48,354 bases of DNA, taken from a virus. Its lineage: Duplodnaviria; Caudoviricetes. The translations under genes and the position numbers were made by a program. Below are positions 36,699 through 45,080 of this stretch, piece by piece. The notes under the pieces were generated by a model. That model did not search any database. It worked only from the letters and a program-made list of their open reading frames with translations, and was not told where the DNA came from. The stretch spans positions 1-48,354 of IMG/VR virus record IMGVR_UViG_3300046789_000072; one strand, written 5' to 3'. The first letter of the stretch is position 1, and each line of letters starts with the position of its first letter.

Positions 36699-37166
36699 AT
36701 GAAAACCACGCACACCAGCCACAGCACAGGGTCCGATGATGGCCTGTGGACGCACCTTGACGGGCATACCGTCTACACGATCGAGTTTTCCTACTGGGAA
36801 GATCTCGACTCCAGCGCCATCGCCACGCACGGGAAGTACAACGTGCAAGCGGGCTACGTGGAAGTCCCCGACATCGAGTCCACCGACGTGCGCGATGCGC
36901 GCGTGCTCGCAGAGATGCATGGCGCGCTGCGCTTCTGCGGATACGAGCTACACGCCCAGACTGGCGCCATCGTGAACGAGTATGACGGCGCCCTCGTGTG
37001 CGAGCGCGGTACGGCGCGCACCAGCTCCGAAGGGCGCAAGGCGCGCCGTCGTTGGCTGCTGTGTGTCGCGGAGTGCATGTGGCGCTATGGCGCCAAGCAC
37101 GTCACCTGCGACGTGAGCGGCAACAACCGCCGCAAGCTCATGCGTGAAGCGCACTGCTCCTTTTGA
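36699..37166 (+). CDS. Hypothetical early protein
   Basis: Coupled to the upstream ORF. Confidence 0.65.
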   Translation: MKTTHTSHSTGSDDGLWTHLDGHTVYTIEFSYWEDLDSSAIATHGKYNVQAGYVEVPDIESTDVRDARVLAEMHGALRFCGYELHAQTGAIVNEYDGALVCERGTARTSSEGRKARRRWLLCVAECMWRYGAKHVTCDVSGNNRRKLMREAHCSF

Positions 37167-37217
37167 AGGCTCGATTGGGCGCGTGACCGTGGGTCGCGCT
37201 TCCGCATGGAGGTTTCA

Positions 37218-37460
37218 ATGAAGCTGTCTTTTGCAACTGTCTACATGCTCGCGAACCTGGGCGATCCGTCGGCTATCGAAGCGCGCACCCTGCTCGCACG
37301 CACGCCTGGCCTCGTGCCCTACGTGCGCACGGACGGCACCATCGCTGTGCGCGATACCGTCTACCTCACGCGCGGCTTTGTGCGCCAGATCGTGGGCGCC
37401 ATGGCACTCTGCGGCTACGTGCTCGGCACTGTCTCCGAGGCGCTTCTCACCCTGCCCTGA
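37218..37460 (+). CDS. Hypothetical protein with C-terminal TM segment (80 aa)
   Basis: GGAGGT RBS before ATG at 37218. Confidence 0.65.
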   Translation: MKLSFATVYMLANLGDPSAIEARTLLARTPGLVPYVRTDGTIAVRDTVYLTRGFVRQIVGAMALCGYVLGTVSEALLTLP

Positions 37461-37512
37461 CGCTACTTGCTTGCTGCGCGCGAACCCTCGCGCGTAGCCG
37501 GGAGGTAACGAC

Positions 37513-37866
37513 ATGGCCGACACAAGCAACACTGCAGACGTGATTGACTCGCGCGACGTGATCGCACGCATTGAAGAGCTGGAGAACAACGAAGAGCGCA
37601 CGGAGCACGAGGCCATCGAGCTTGTGGACCTGCGCAAGCTCGCCACCTACGGCGAGTCCTACATCGATGACTGGCAGTACGGCGCACAACTCGTGCGCGA
37701 GTCCTACTTCGAGACGCACGCACACGAGCTGGCTGACGATTGCGGCATGATCTCCAGGGATGCCAAGTGGCCACACACGTGCATCGATTGGAAGTGGGCC
37801 GCGCGCGAGCTGATGCACGACTACACGGCCCTCGATTACGATGGGGTCACGTACTATGTCCGCTGA
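37513..37866 (+). CDS. ArdA-like antirestriction (DNA-mimic) protein
   Basis: Very acidic; F...A.ELADDCG...IDW..AAREL..DY...DYDGVTYY resembles the ArdA C-terminal domain. Confidence 0.65.
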   Translation: MADTSNTADVIDSRDVIARIEELENNEERTEHEAIELVDLRKLATYGESYIDDWQYGAQLVRESYFETHAHELADDCGMISRDAKWPHTCIDWKWAARELMHDYTALDYDGVTYYVR

Positions 37867-38044
37867 GCGCAAGCCCTTCGCCTTCCGCCGCGACCTGGAC
37901 TTGCTGCTCTTCAGGCATGGCCACATGGTTGTGCGCCGGTTCAAGTACACGCGCACGGGTAGCAGTGGTGACGAGCACAGCTACCATGAGGCCACGCGCG
38001 AATATGACGCGGCCTACGAGGCTTTTGTCGACACGTACAAGTGA
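37856..38044 (+). CDS. Hypothetical protein (62 aa)
   Basis: Overlap-coupled ORF. Confidence 0.55.
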   Translation: MSAERKPFAFRRDLDLLLFRHGHMVVRRFKYTRTGSSGDEHSYHEATREYDAAYEAFVDTYK

Positions 38045-38097
38045 CGTCGCCTGCTCCTGCACACGAGCCTGCTCGGGTGCGGCATGGAGGTTACGAC

Positions 38098-38472
38098 ATG
38101 AAGAAGCTGAAGAAGGAACACCGCACCAAGATCGATGCCGCGCAGACGTACGTGGAGGAAAAGCGCGCGGCCTACACCGAGGCAGCCGAGCGTGCCAACG
38201 AGATCATCGCGGAATGCCAGGCCGCGCTCGACGATCTGCGCAGCGCCATCGAGAGCTACAACGAGTCCATGACCGAGATTGCGGATGAGGCACAGGCCTA
38301 CTTCGACGATCGCTCGGACGCATGGCGCGATGGGGACGCTGGGGAGCTGTACTCGAGCTGGATCGAGGCCTTCCGCACGGAGATGGAAGTGCCGGAGCCT
38401 GAGCTGAACGAGCTGGATGAGCTGCACGACCTGGACTACCCCGAAACGCCCGAAAACCCGGATGAGGTGTGA
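38098..38472 (+). CDS. Acidic coiled-coil early protein (YFDDRSDAWRDGDAG)
   Basis: GGAGGT RBS. Confidence 0.7.
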   Translation: MKKLKKEHRTKIDAAQTYVEEKRAAYTEAAERANEIIAECQAALDDLRSAIESYNESMTEIADEAQAYFDDRSDAWRDGDAGELYSSWIEAFRTEMEVPEPELNELDELHDLDYPETPENPDEV

Positions 38473-38488
38473 GATAGGATGCGGGCCC

Positions 38489-38770
38489 ATGGCCTCACTC
38501 CCACGCTCAGGCAAACGCATCACCAAACCCCGCAGCTACGTGGCCATCGGCCTGGCCAGGCGCGTAGCTGCCCCACGCGGCAAGCATGCAGGCATCTCAC
38601 GCCTCGCGCGCTCCCTCACGGAAGCGTCGATCCGCAACGTGCGTGCGCACGCTGTAGAGCACGCAAACCACCCTCTCATGTTCGCATGCGACCGTGCCCT
38701 AGCAGGCTCGGAGCGTGCACGCGTGGCCATCGCACGCTGGCTCTCAGGAGGTGAACCCAAGTCACGTTAG
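38489..38770 (+). CDS. Basic hypothetical protein (93 aa)
   Basis: Fills the gap and stops inside hairpin 7; weaker codon bias. Confidence 0.45.
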   Translation: MASLPRSGKRITKPRSYVAIGLARRVAAPRGKHAGISRLARSLTEASIRNVRAHAVEHANHPLMFACDRALAGSERARVAIARWLSGGEPKSR

Positions 38771-38815
38771 CTGCGGCCTGCACCCGAGCATTCTCGGGCG
38801 CAGAGCGGAGGTAAC

Positions 38816-39583
38816 ATGAACGACAAATCCAAGATCATCGATCGCATCCAGAAGCTTCTCGCCCTCGCGCAGAGCGACAACGTGAACGAGGCCTCTGCGG
38901 CCGCTGCGGCTGCCCAGAAGCTCATGACCACGCACGACATCGAGCAGGCCGCGCTCGACGTCGACACGGGTGCAGACGTGGACGTCGTGGTCGGCAGCGA
39001 AGTGCTGCATGCCCTGGGCAGCAAGGTGTGCTCGTGGAAGGGCATCCTGGCCCACGCCCTCGCGGAGGCCAACGGCGCGAAGACCTACTGGCACAAGGCC
39101 TACGAGGGCCCGTCGCTCGTGGCCTCGCTCAAGATCATCGGCACGAAAGACCAGTCCAATACCGTCCGCTACCTGTTCGCCTACCTGGTCAACGAGGTGG
39201 AGCGCCTGGCGCGCGAAGCGCCTGGCAAGCGCACGGGTTCCACGCGCTCCTGGTACGCGAGCTTCCGCCTCGGAGCCGCAAGCGAGATTGCAGACCGCGT
39301 GCAGAAGGCAGCCCGGCAGGCAGTGCAGGAGGTGAAGCAGGAGGCAGCCGCGAGCAACGGCGCCTCCCTCGTGCGGGTCAACGACGCCCTTGCGCGCATC
39401 GATGCCCGCACGGCAGCCATTCGCGCCCACGCGAAGACGCTGCATCTCCGCTCCGGGCGCAGCTCGCGCGTGAGCGACCACAACGGCTACGTGGCTGGCA
39501 AGGCTGCTGGAGCGACCGTGCGGCTCGGAGGCGGTCCGAGCCTGGGTGCAGGCGCCAAGGGCGCCATTGGAGGTGGACGATGA
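38816..39583 (+). CDS. DUF2786-domain protein
   Basis: KIIDRIQKLLALAQS.N.NEA.AA...AQKLM, followed by SFRLG and GY.AG motifs. Confidence 0.85.
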   Translation: MNDKSKIIDRIQKLLALAQSDNVNEASAAAAAAQKLMTTHDIEQAALDVDTGADVDVVVGSEVLHALGSKVCSWKGILAHALAEANGAKTYWHKAYEGPSLVASLKIIGTKDQSNTVRYLFAYLVNEVERLAREAPGKRTGSTRSWYASFRLGAASEIADRVQKAARQAVQEVKQEAAASNGASLVRVNDALARIDARTAAIRAHAKTLHLRSGRSSRVSDHNGYVAGKAAGATVRLGGGPSLGAGAKGAIGGGR

Positions 39584-39807
39584 GCAAGTATCGCAAGGGC
39601 GCACGGGTGCGCCTGATCGGAACGGACCGGTGCGGGGCCGTGGAGCGCGCGCGTGGTGGATGTATCCCCAGCACCAGCGACGCCCGCACGTTCAAGCTGT
39701 TGGGCGTGTCGGATAGCTACCGCGTCACGTGGGACGACGGCGAGGTTGGCTCCCACTGGGGCGTCGAGCTGGAGCGCGCGCCCAGGCGCCTCGCCAAGAA
39801 GGACTGA
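39580..39807 (+). CDS. Small SH3-like protein (75 aa)
   Basis: KGARVR...G.V...YRVTWDDG......LE; ATGA coupling. Confidence 0.6.
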   Translation: MSKYRKGARVRLIGTDRCGAVERARGGCIPSTSDARTFKLLGVSDSYRVTWDDGEVGSHWGVELERAPRRLAKKD

Positions 39808-39864
39808 CACGCCGCTTGCTCCTGCGTTCGACCACGGTCGCGCGCAGCGTGGAGGTTACGAGTC

Positions 39865-40581
39865 ATGAAGAAGAAGCCGCACGGCATCCTGTGGGAGGGC
39901 CCGAGTCCCTTCGACGGCGCGCCCATCGTGGCCATATCCGTATGGTCGAACGCCAATCGCAAGACCGGTGCATGTGCACAGGTGTACATCATTCGCGCGG
40001 ACGTCGCGCCCGTGGAGGCTATCCGCAGGGGGGACGACATCTCTGTGTGCGTCTACTGTCCCATGCGCGGGCCGTACGGGTACGAAGGTCGCTCCTGCTA
40101 CGTGCAGGTCGGCAACGGACCGACCAGCGTCTACCGCACCTATATTGCGGGCAAATACGAGCAAATCGACGCTTCGCACTTCGACGGCGTGGTTGTACGC
40201 TGGGGTGCGTACGGAGATCCCGCGATGTTGCCAGAAGCAGTCGTCACGAGCGTGAACGCGCGCGTAAGCGGACGCCTGGGGTACACCCACCAGTGGCGTT
40301 TTCCATGGGCTAGCTGGACGCGTGGAGTGTTCATGGCGAGCGTCGAAACCGAGGCGCAGGAAACGAAAGCGCGCACGCTGGGCTGGGGCACTTTTCGTGC
40401 TGGCGCGAGCGACGGATCTGATATGGGTAGCTCCGTTGTCTGCAACAACGAGCGCACGGGCGTCACGTGCGTGGAGTGCGGAGCGTGCGACGGACGGGCG
40501 GCATCGATCGTCATCCCGGCGCACGGGTGGGGTAAGGGGAACGTTCCCGCGAACCGGCTACTGCGGAAGCGGGCAGCGTGA
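39865..40581 (+). CDS. Cys-rich putative Fe-S protein (Gp88-like / atypical radical-SAM-like)
   Basis: N.KTG, CVYCP...SCY, RWGAYGD, GYTHQW, MASVE, C-x8-CxxCxxC, AHG. Confidence 0.65.
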   Translation: MKKKPHGILWEGPSPFDGAPIVAISVWSNANRKTGACAQVYIIRADVAPVEAIRRGDDISVCVYCPMRGPYGYEGRSCYVQVGNGPTSVYRTYIAGKYEQIDASHFDGVVVRWGAYGDPAMLPEAVVTSVNARVSGRLGYTHQWRFPWASWTRGVFMASVETEAQETKARTLGWGTFRAGASDGSDMGSSVVCNNERTGVTCVECGACDGRAASIVIPAHGWGKGNVPANRLLRKRAA

Positions 40582-40647
40582 AAGTCACTCGGGCGGGTGA
40601 GCATGTGCTCGCGTTGCCTCATGGGATTTTCAGCGAAAGGACGTGAC

Positions 40648-40884
40648 ATGGAAGGCCAGAGAGTGCAGCAGGCGATCGACGACAGCATCCGCGAGGATCG
40701 CATCGTCACGCTGCGCGCAACTGTCGATACGCAGGAGTGGGTGGACCTGGTCACGGAGCTGGGCAGCCGCTCCGATGACTGGGTTGATGCCGGGCATGGA
40801 TTGCGCGAGTACTGGGGCTCCGATGACGACGGAGACCTGTGGCGCGTTCATGTCCTGAGCCCGGCTGCCGAGGTGGAGCCATGA
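40648..40884 (+). CDS. Hypothetical protein (78 aa)
   Basis: AAAGGA RBS; EYWG...WRVH motif. Confidence 0.65.
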   Translation: MEGQRVQQAIDDSIREDRIVTLRATVDTQEWVDLVTELGSRSDDWVDAGHGLREYWGSDDDGDLWRVHVLSPAAEVEP

Positions 40885-41063
40885 ACGTCGAACGGAAGCG
40901 CAGGCTCATCATGCGCGCGCGGACCCTGTTCCTCGATGAGCTCTACGAGATGCGCAAGGGCGAGCCCGAGGGTTCCTTCATGGAGAAGGCCCTCGAGCAG
41001 GACATGCGCGACACGCGCACGGTGTTCGAGGAAGTGCTCGACGCGCTGGAGAAGACGTCATGA
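40881..41063 (+). CDS. Hypothetical protein (60 aa)
   Basis: ATGA coupling. Confidence 0.6.
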   Translation: MNVERKRRLIMRARTLFLDELYEMRKGEPEGSFMEKALEQDMRDTRTVFEEVLDALEKTS

Positions 41064-41161
41064 ACGAGTTCACCATCGTGGCTGCCATCCTGCTCGCGTT
41101 CGCGCTGGGTGGTCTGGTGGACAGCTGCCACAACGCCAGGACCTGCGCGGGGAGCCAGTGA
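41060..41161 (+). CDS. 33-aa membrane peptide
   Basis: MNEFTIVAAILLAFALGGLVDSCHNARTCAGSQ; coupled on both sides. Confidence 0.55.
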   Translation: MNEFTIVAAILLAFALGGLVDSCHNARTCAGSQ

Positions 41162-41697
41162 TGGGCACGCAGCTGAGCATGTTCGAGGCGGGTGGTCCTG
41201 GCCTGAGCAGCGTGAAGCTGGACTGGTGCACGCCTGCGTGCGTGCTGGAGCGTGTGCTGCGGGTGGGCCCCATCGCGCTCGACCCGTGCACGAACGCGCT
41301 CAACCCCTGCGGCGCCTCGGTCTTTTACACGGAGGCGGACAACGCCTTCTTGCAGAGCTGGGAGACCATGCAGAGCTGGGAGACTACGGGGCTCATTTAC
41401 GTGAACCCTCCCTACGGCAGGCAGCTGCACAAATGGGTCTCGCGCGTGTGCCTCGCCGCCGCGCCTGGCGCGAACGAGATCATCATGCTCACCCCTGCGC
41501 GACCGGACACAGTCTGGTGGGGCGAAGCGTTCGACGCGTGCCAGGCCGTTGCGCTCTGGCGCGGCCGGCTTACGTTCGTAAACGCACCCGCGTCTGCACC
41601 CTTCCCTTCGTGCCTGTTCTACTTCGGGGAGCGTGCGCAGCGGTTCAAGCGCGCGTTCGAGGACAGGGCTCGCGTGCTCTCAGGTGGCCGTGCGTAA
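41161..41697 (+). CDS. Phage DNA N6-adenine methyltransferase (Dam/T1-type, 178 aa)
   Basis: W.TP, LDPC, NPPY, PAR.DT.WW, GRL.F, APFPS; 18-bp tandem duplication at 41351-41384 (QSWET twice). Confidence 0.9.
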   Translation: MGTQLSMFEAGGPGLSSVKLDWCTPACVLERVLRVGPIALDPCTNALNPCGASVFYTEADNAFLQSWETMQSWETTGLIYVNPPYGRQLHKWVSRVCLAAAPGANEIIMLTPARPDTVWWGEAFDACQAVALWRGRLTFVNAPASAPFPSCLFYFGERAQRFKRAFEDRARVLSGGRA

Positions 41698-41709
41698 ACC
41701 CTTCGAGCC

Positions 41710-41731
41710 CTCTCACCCGCAAGTGTGAGAG
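41710..41731. promoter_or_regulatory. Palindrome upstream of the recombination/replication genes
   Basis: CTCTCAC-N8-GTGAGAG followed by a TAGGCT -10-like hexamer. Confidence 0.4.
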
Positions 41732-41761
41732 TGTTCCATAGGCTTTATGAAAGGAACGAAG

Positions 41762-42703
41762 ATGATGGACAACGTGAACGAAGGAAGCGGGGAGGTGGAC
41801 GTGCGTACCGTCGTCCGCTCCATCGCGAATGACATGGTGCAGAAGGCGCCCGAGCCGCGCCGCGTGCGCGAAGAGGACATCTACACGCGCCCCACGGTGA
41901 GCGACTTCGAGGAGCGCGGCACCGAGTCGCAGATCGCGGCCCTGTACAGCGCCCTGGCGTCCGCGCGCGGCAGCTTCGGTGAGGTGAAGCGCACCCGCGA
42001 GGTGGAGGTGAGGAAGGACAACCGCCTTCTGTACAAGTTCAGGTACGCCCCCATGGAGGTGATGCTCGCTGCGACGACGGCGCCGCTCACCGCCAACGGA
42101 CTGGTGCTGCTCATGCCGTTCGTGACGGGCAATGACCAGATCACCAAGCAGCTGGTGATCCTCGCGCACGCGCATGGCGGTCGCCTGGTTTTCAAGTTCG
42201 AGTTCACGCCTGCGGGTGAAGAGAAGCAATTTGGTGGCCAGACCACCTACCTCCAGCGCTACTGCTACCGCTCCGTGCTGGTGCTCGCGGCCGACGGCGA
42301 CATGGACGAGGGCCACGTGCACGGCGACGTTGCGGTCGAAGCCCAGGACGCGAAGCGTCCCACGGGTCCCGTGAGTGTCAGGCGCCCTGGGCCTGCAGAG
42401 CGCACCCTGGCACGCGAGAGGAGCGATCCCCGCGGCGACTTCGTGAAGGCGCCTGGCACGCCCTCGAGCGCGAAGCACGCGACCCTGCTCGGCGACATGC
42501 TGGCGCTGGCGAAGAAGGTCGGGCTCAACGTGCGCAGCCAGGTGGCGCTGTTCGTGTACGACACCGTCAACGGCGGCACGCCCTTCGGAATCGGCGACGG
42601 GCCCGACTTCTGCGCGGAGCTCACCGTGGAGCAGCTCGAGACGTGCCTCGAGACGCTCAACCAGCGGCTCATCCAGCAGAGCCAGAAGGTGGGGGCCAAG
42701 TGA
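41762..42703 (+). CDS. ERF-family single-strand annealing protein
   Basis: FRYA......A...PL.ANGL, L.H..G, FGGQTTYLQRY, DGDMD. Confidence 0.85.
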   Translation: MMDNVNEGSGEVDVRTVVRSIANDMVQKAPEPRRVREEDIYTRPTVSDFEERGTESQIAALYSALASARGSFGEVKRTREVEVRKDNRLLYKFRYAPMEVMLAATTAPLTANGLVLLMPFVTGNDQITKQLVILAHAHGGRLVFKFEFTPAGEEKQFGGQTTYLQRYCYRSVLVLAADGDMDEGHVHGDVAVEAQDAKRPTGPVSVRRPGPAERTLARERSDPRGDFVKAPGTPSSAKHATLLGDMLALAKKVGLNVRSQVALFVYDTVNGGTPFGIGDGPDFCAELTVEQLETCLETLNQRLIQQSQKVGAK

Positions 42704-43761
42704 AGGCCCGCATGTCGTCTCTGCCCGTCCTGCAGTTCTGCGGGCAGGCGCAGATCATGTCGGCCAAGGGCGCCGGCAACACCAACACGGACGTCGGCAC
42801 GGCCTACCATGCCAAGTGCTCGGGGGCGGAGAACGCCGCGGAGCTCGCCGCAAGGCTGAGCGACGAACAGCAGAGCGAGCTGGCAAGCCTCATCGCCCCG
42901 ATCGCCACCCTGGCGAACGCGGACCCCGCGGCTGCGTGCCTCTGGCTCGAGTACGCGGACGCCCACAAGGAGATCCCGGTGGGCCTGACTGCGCAGGGCT
43001 CGTTCTGCGAGAAGGACTCCGAGGAGGCCATCCTGGACGGGACGTGCGACCTGTACTGGGTGGTCGACCACCGCGCGTTTGGCGGCAAGCGGATCGCCTA
43101 CGTCGCGGACCTGAAGAAGTCTGCATACGCCGCGCCCGACGGCGCACGCACTCTGCAGGCTGTCGGCTACGCCATCGCCATCGCGGCGCGCGAGGACTGC
43201 GACGGCTACGTGACCGGCATCTGGGACGCCACGGAAGGCGTCTGGGACTGGACCGGCTACGTGGACGGGTGGAGCGAGCAGGCCGAGAAGAATCTCGACC
43301 GGGTGATCGCCGCGGCGCGCAACTACGGAGGCGAGTTCAATGTCGGCACGCACTGCTCGAGTTGCTACGGGCGCCCGCACTGCCCGCAGTACCTGCTCCC
43401 CGTCGAGCTGGCCGAGACCTCGCTTGCGCCGTTCACCCACAAGGGCGGCATCACCCACGAGAACGCCCTTGAGGCCCTGGTGCTCGCGAAGCGAGCTGCC
43501 GACACCGCGAAGAGGGTCGAAGACCTGGTCAAAGCGTACGCACGCGAGCAGGGGGGCCTCGTGGACCCCGAGCGCCAGAAGATCTGGAAGCCGGTGCGCT
43601 CACGCGGACGGGCGTCGCTAGACCGCAAACGCCTCGAGCGCGACCAGCCGGAGATCATCGAGCAGTACACTGTCTTCGGGGCCGACTTCGAGTCGTTCAA
43701 GTGGGTCAACCACACGGTGCCCGAGGCGATCACGCCGCGGCTGGGTGAGGGCGAGCCGTGA
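42700..43761 (+). CDS. PD-(D/E)xK exonuclease, Cas4/RecB-like with Fe-S cysteines (353 aa)
   Basis: N-terminal C, GT..H, E, GTCD, DLK, Q..GYA, CxxC-x5-C; adjacent to ERF. Confidence 0.85.
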   Translation: MKARMSSLPVLQFCGQAQIMSAKGAGNTNTDVGTAYHAKCSGAENAAELAARLSDEQQSELASLIAPIATLANADPAAACLWLEYADAHKEIPVGLTAQGSFCEKDSEEAILDGTCDLYWVVDHRAFGGKRIAYVADLKKSAYAAPDGARTLQAVGYAIAIAAREDCDGYVTGIWDATEGVWDWTGYVDGWSEQAEKNLDRVIAAARNYGGEFNVGTHCSSCYGRPHCPQYLLPVELAETSLAPFTHKGGITHENALEALVLAKRAADTAKRVEDLVKAYAREQGGLVDPERQKIWKPVRSRGRASLDRKRLERDQPEIIEQYTVFGADFESFKWVNHTVPEAITPRLGEGEP

Positions 43762-44774
43762 AACTCGTGGGGGAGGACATGAGGGCGATCGCGTCGTTGT
43801 CGACTGCGCCAGGCTTTCTGGCTCGGCACGACAACGACGTGACGCTGCGCGTGGTCAAGCGCCTCCAGCATGGAGCCGACGTGCCCACCCCCGTTGTGAC
43901 ACCCGAGGGCAGACTTCTGTGGGGCGAGGTGGTGGTTGCCGCCCACCACGTGAACCAGACGACGTTCTGCTTGTGCAAGGTGGTGAGCTGCTCGAAGGAA
44001 GAGCTCGCCATTTTGCGTAAGCTCGACGACGCGAAGACCAAGAAACGGCGCATCCGCACGGGCCTGCTCGTGGCCCACCTGGTGACGCTCACCGAGCAGG
44101 ACGTGCTCAAGGCCTGGGCGCAAGAGGGCACCGAGCTGCGCGCAGAGACCCTGCGGCAGCAGAACGTGCGCGGAGTCGCGCGGAACTGGGTGGGTGACAT
44201 CCTGGGCATCCCCCACCGCACGATGCGGACGTTCGATGCGCAGCCCAGGCTCGCCGAGAAGAGCAAGCGCGAACCCGAGCCCGAGTGGGAGCTGCGATGC
44301 CATGACTGGCAACCGGCCCCCGGGCTCCTGGAGGAGGCCCGCACGGCCCGCATCGCCTTGCGCAACATGGACCTGCGCCTGCGCAACGACCAGCGTGAGC
44401 TCGGGCCCCTGATGGCCCACCCGACTGCGCTGCCGGATGCGCAGCGCCTGTACAATGCAGCGCACAAGCTCGCAGCGCTCGCGCGCTCGCTGTTGCCTGA
44501 GCACCTATGCCCCTATTGCAAGTCCACCGTCGCGGTACGGCCGACGTGCATGGGCTGCAAGGGGGCCGGCTGGGTGAGCCAGGAGGTGTGGTCGAGGACC
44601 CCCGAGGAGCTCCTGACCGCGTACCTGGTTTACCATGGCGGGCACCTGCTCGATCCGCTTACGATGCAGCCCCCGAGGCGCATTGTGCGCGAGAAGTACC
44701 AGAGCGCGCAGTTTGTCGGCGACCTCTACGAAGAAGAGGAGGAGCCAGCGGAAGTAGACGAGGATCAATGGTGA
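43758..44774 (+). CDS. Degenerate ParB-like domain, HTH and zinc-finger protein
   Basis: PVV...GRLLWGEVVVAA (GxxR lost); LGI..RT helix-turn-helix; CPYC-x9-CMGC.G.G. Confidence 0.5.
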   Translation: MKLVGEDMRAIASLSTAPGFLARHDNDVTLRVVKRLQHGADVPTPVVTPEGRLLWGEVVVAAHHVNQTTFCLCKVVSCSKEELAILRKLDDAKTKKRRIRTGLLVAHLVTLTEQDVLKAWAQEGTELRAETLRQQNVRGVARNWVGDILGIPHRTMRTFDAQPRLAEKSKREPEPEWELRCHDWQPAPGLLEEARTARIALRNMDLRLRNDQRELGPLMAHPTALPDAQRLYNAAHKLAALARSLLPEHLCPYCKSTVAVRPTCMGCKGAGWVSQEVWSRTPEELLTAYLVYHGGHLLDPLTMQPPRRIVREKYQSAQFVGDLYEEEEEPAEVDEDQW

Positions 44775-44792
44775 GGGACAAGGAGAAGTGCC

Positions 44793-45080
44793 ATGACGAA
44801 CGAAGAGCTGGACGCGATGCGAACGCTGATGGTGGAACGGAACGCGGCCCTGAGCGACGCGCAGAGCGTCAGCCCGCAGCGCCGCTGCGAGCTCGAGGCC
44901 CTCAAGTCTCGTTGCAGCCTGCTGGAGACCGACGTCTTCAAGCTCACCACGCGCAACGTGCAGCTCGAGGCGACGCTCCACCGCATCAGCAGGATCCTCG
45001 AGGACTGGCGCGCCATGCCCCGCAACTGGGAACCCACGCCGCTCCTGGCTCTCGTGGAGAAGGCGCTGGGCAAGTCGTGA
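44793..45080 (+). CDS. Coiled-coil hypothetical protein
   Basis: AAGGAG RBS. Confidence 0.65.
   Translation: MTNEELDAMRTLMVERNAALSDAQSVSPQRRCELEALKSRCSLLETDVFKLTTRNVQLEATLHRISRILEDWRAMPRNWEPTPLLALVEKALGKS

Larger units (their letters stand above)
35812..39864 (+). promoter_or_regulatory. Dispersed family of eight SD-sequestering intergenic hairpins
   Basis: At about 35812, 36168, 36443, 37163, 37458, 38046, 38763 and 39806; shared GCTTGCT...GGAGGT frame and covarying stems. Confidence 0.75.

Noticed and set aside
39805-39820. Sigma54 promoters at the GCTTGCT hairpin heads (TGACACG-CCGC-TTGCT)
   Set aside because: The invariant -24 GG is missing here and in the other copies; GCTTGCT is better explained as the anti-SD arm.
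35812-39864. CRISPR array or integron attC array
   Set aside because: Elements are not identical repeats and are separated by whole genes. They lack consistent RYYYAAC/GTTRRRY ends, and the integrase is phage-type with a tRNA attP.
42700-43761. CRISPR-associated Cas4
   Set aside because: No cas1/cas2 or array; adjacency to ERF indicates a recombination exonuclease.
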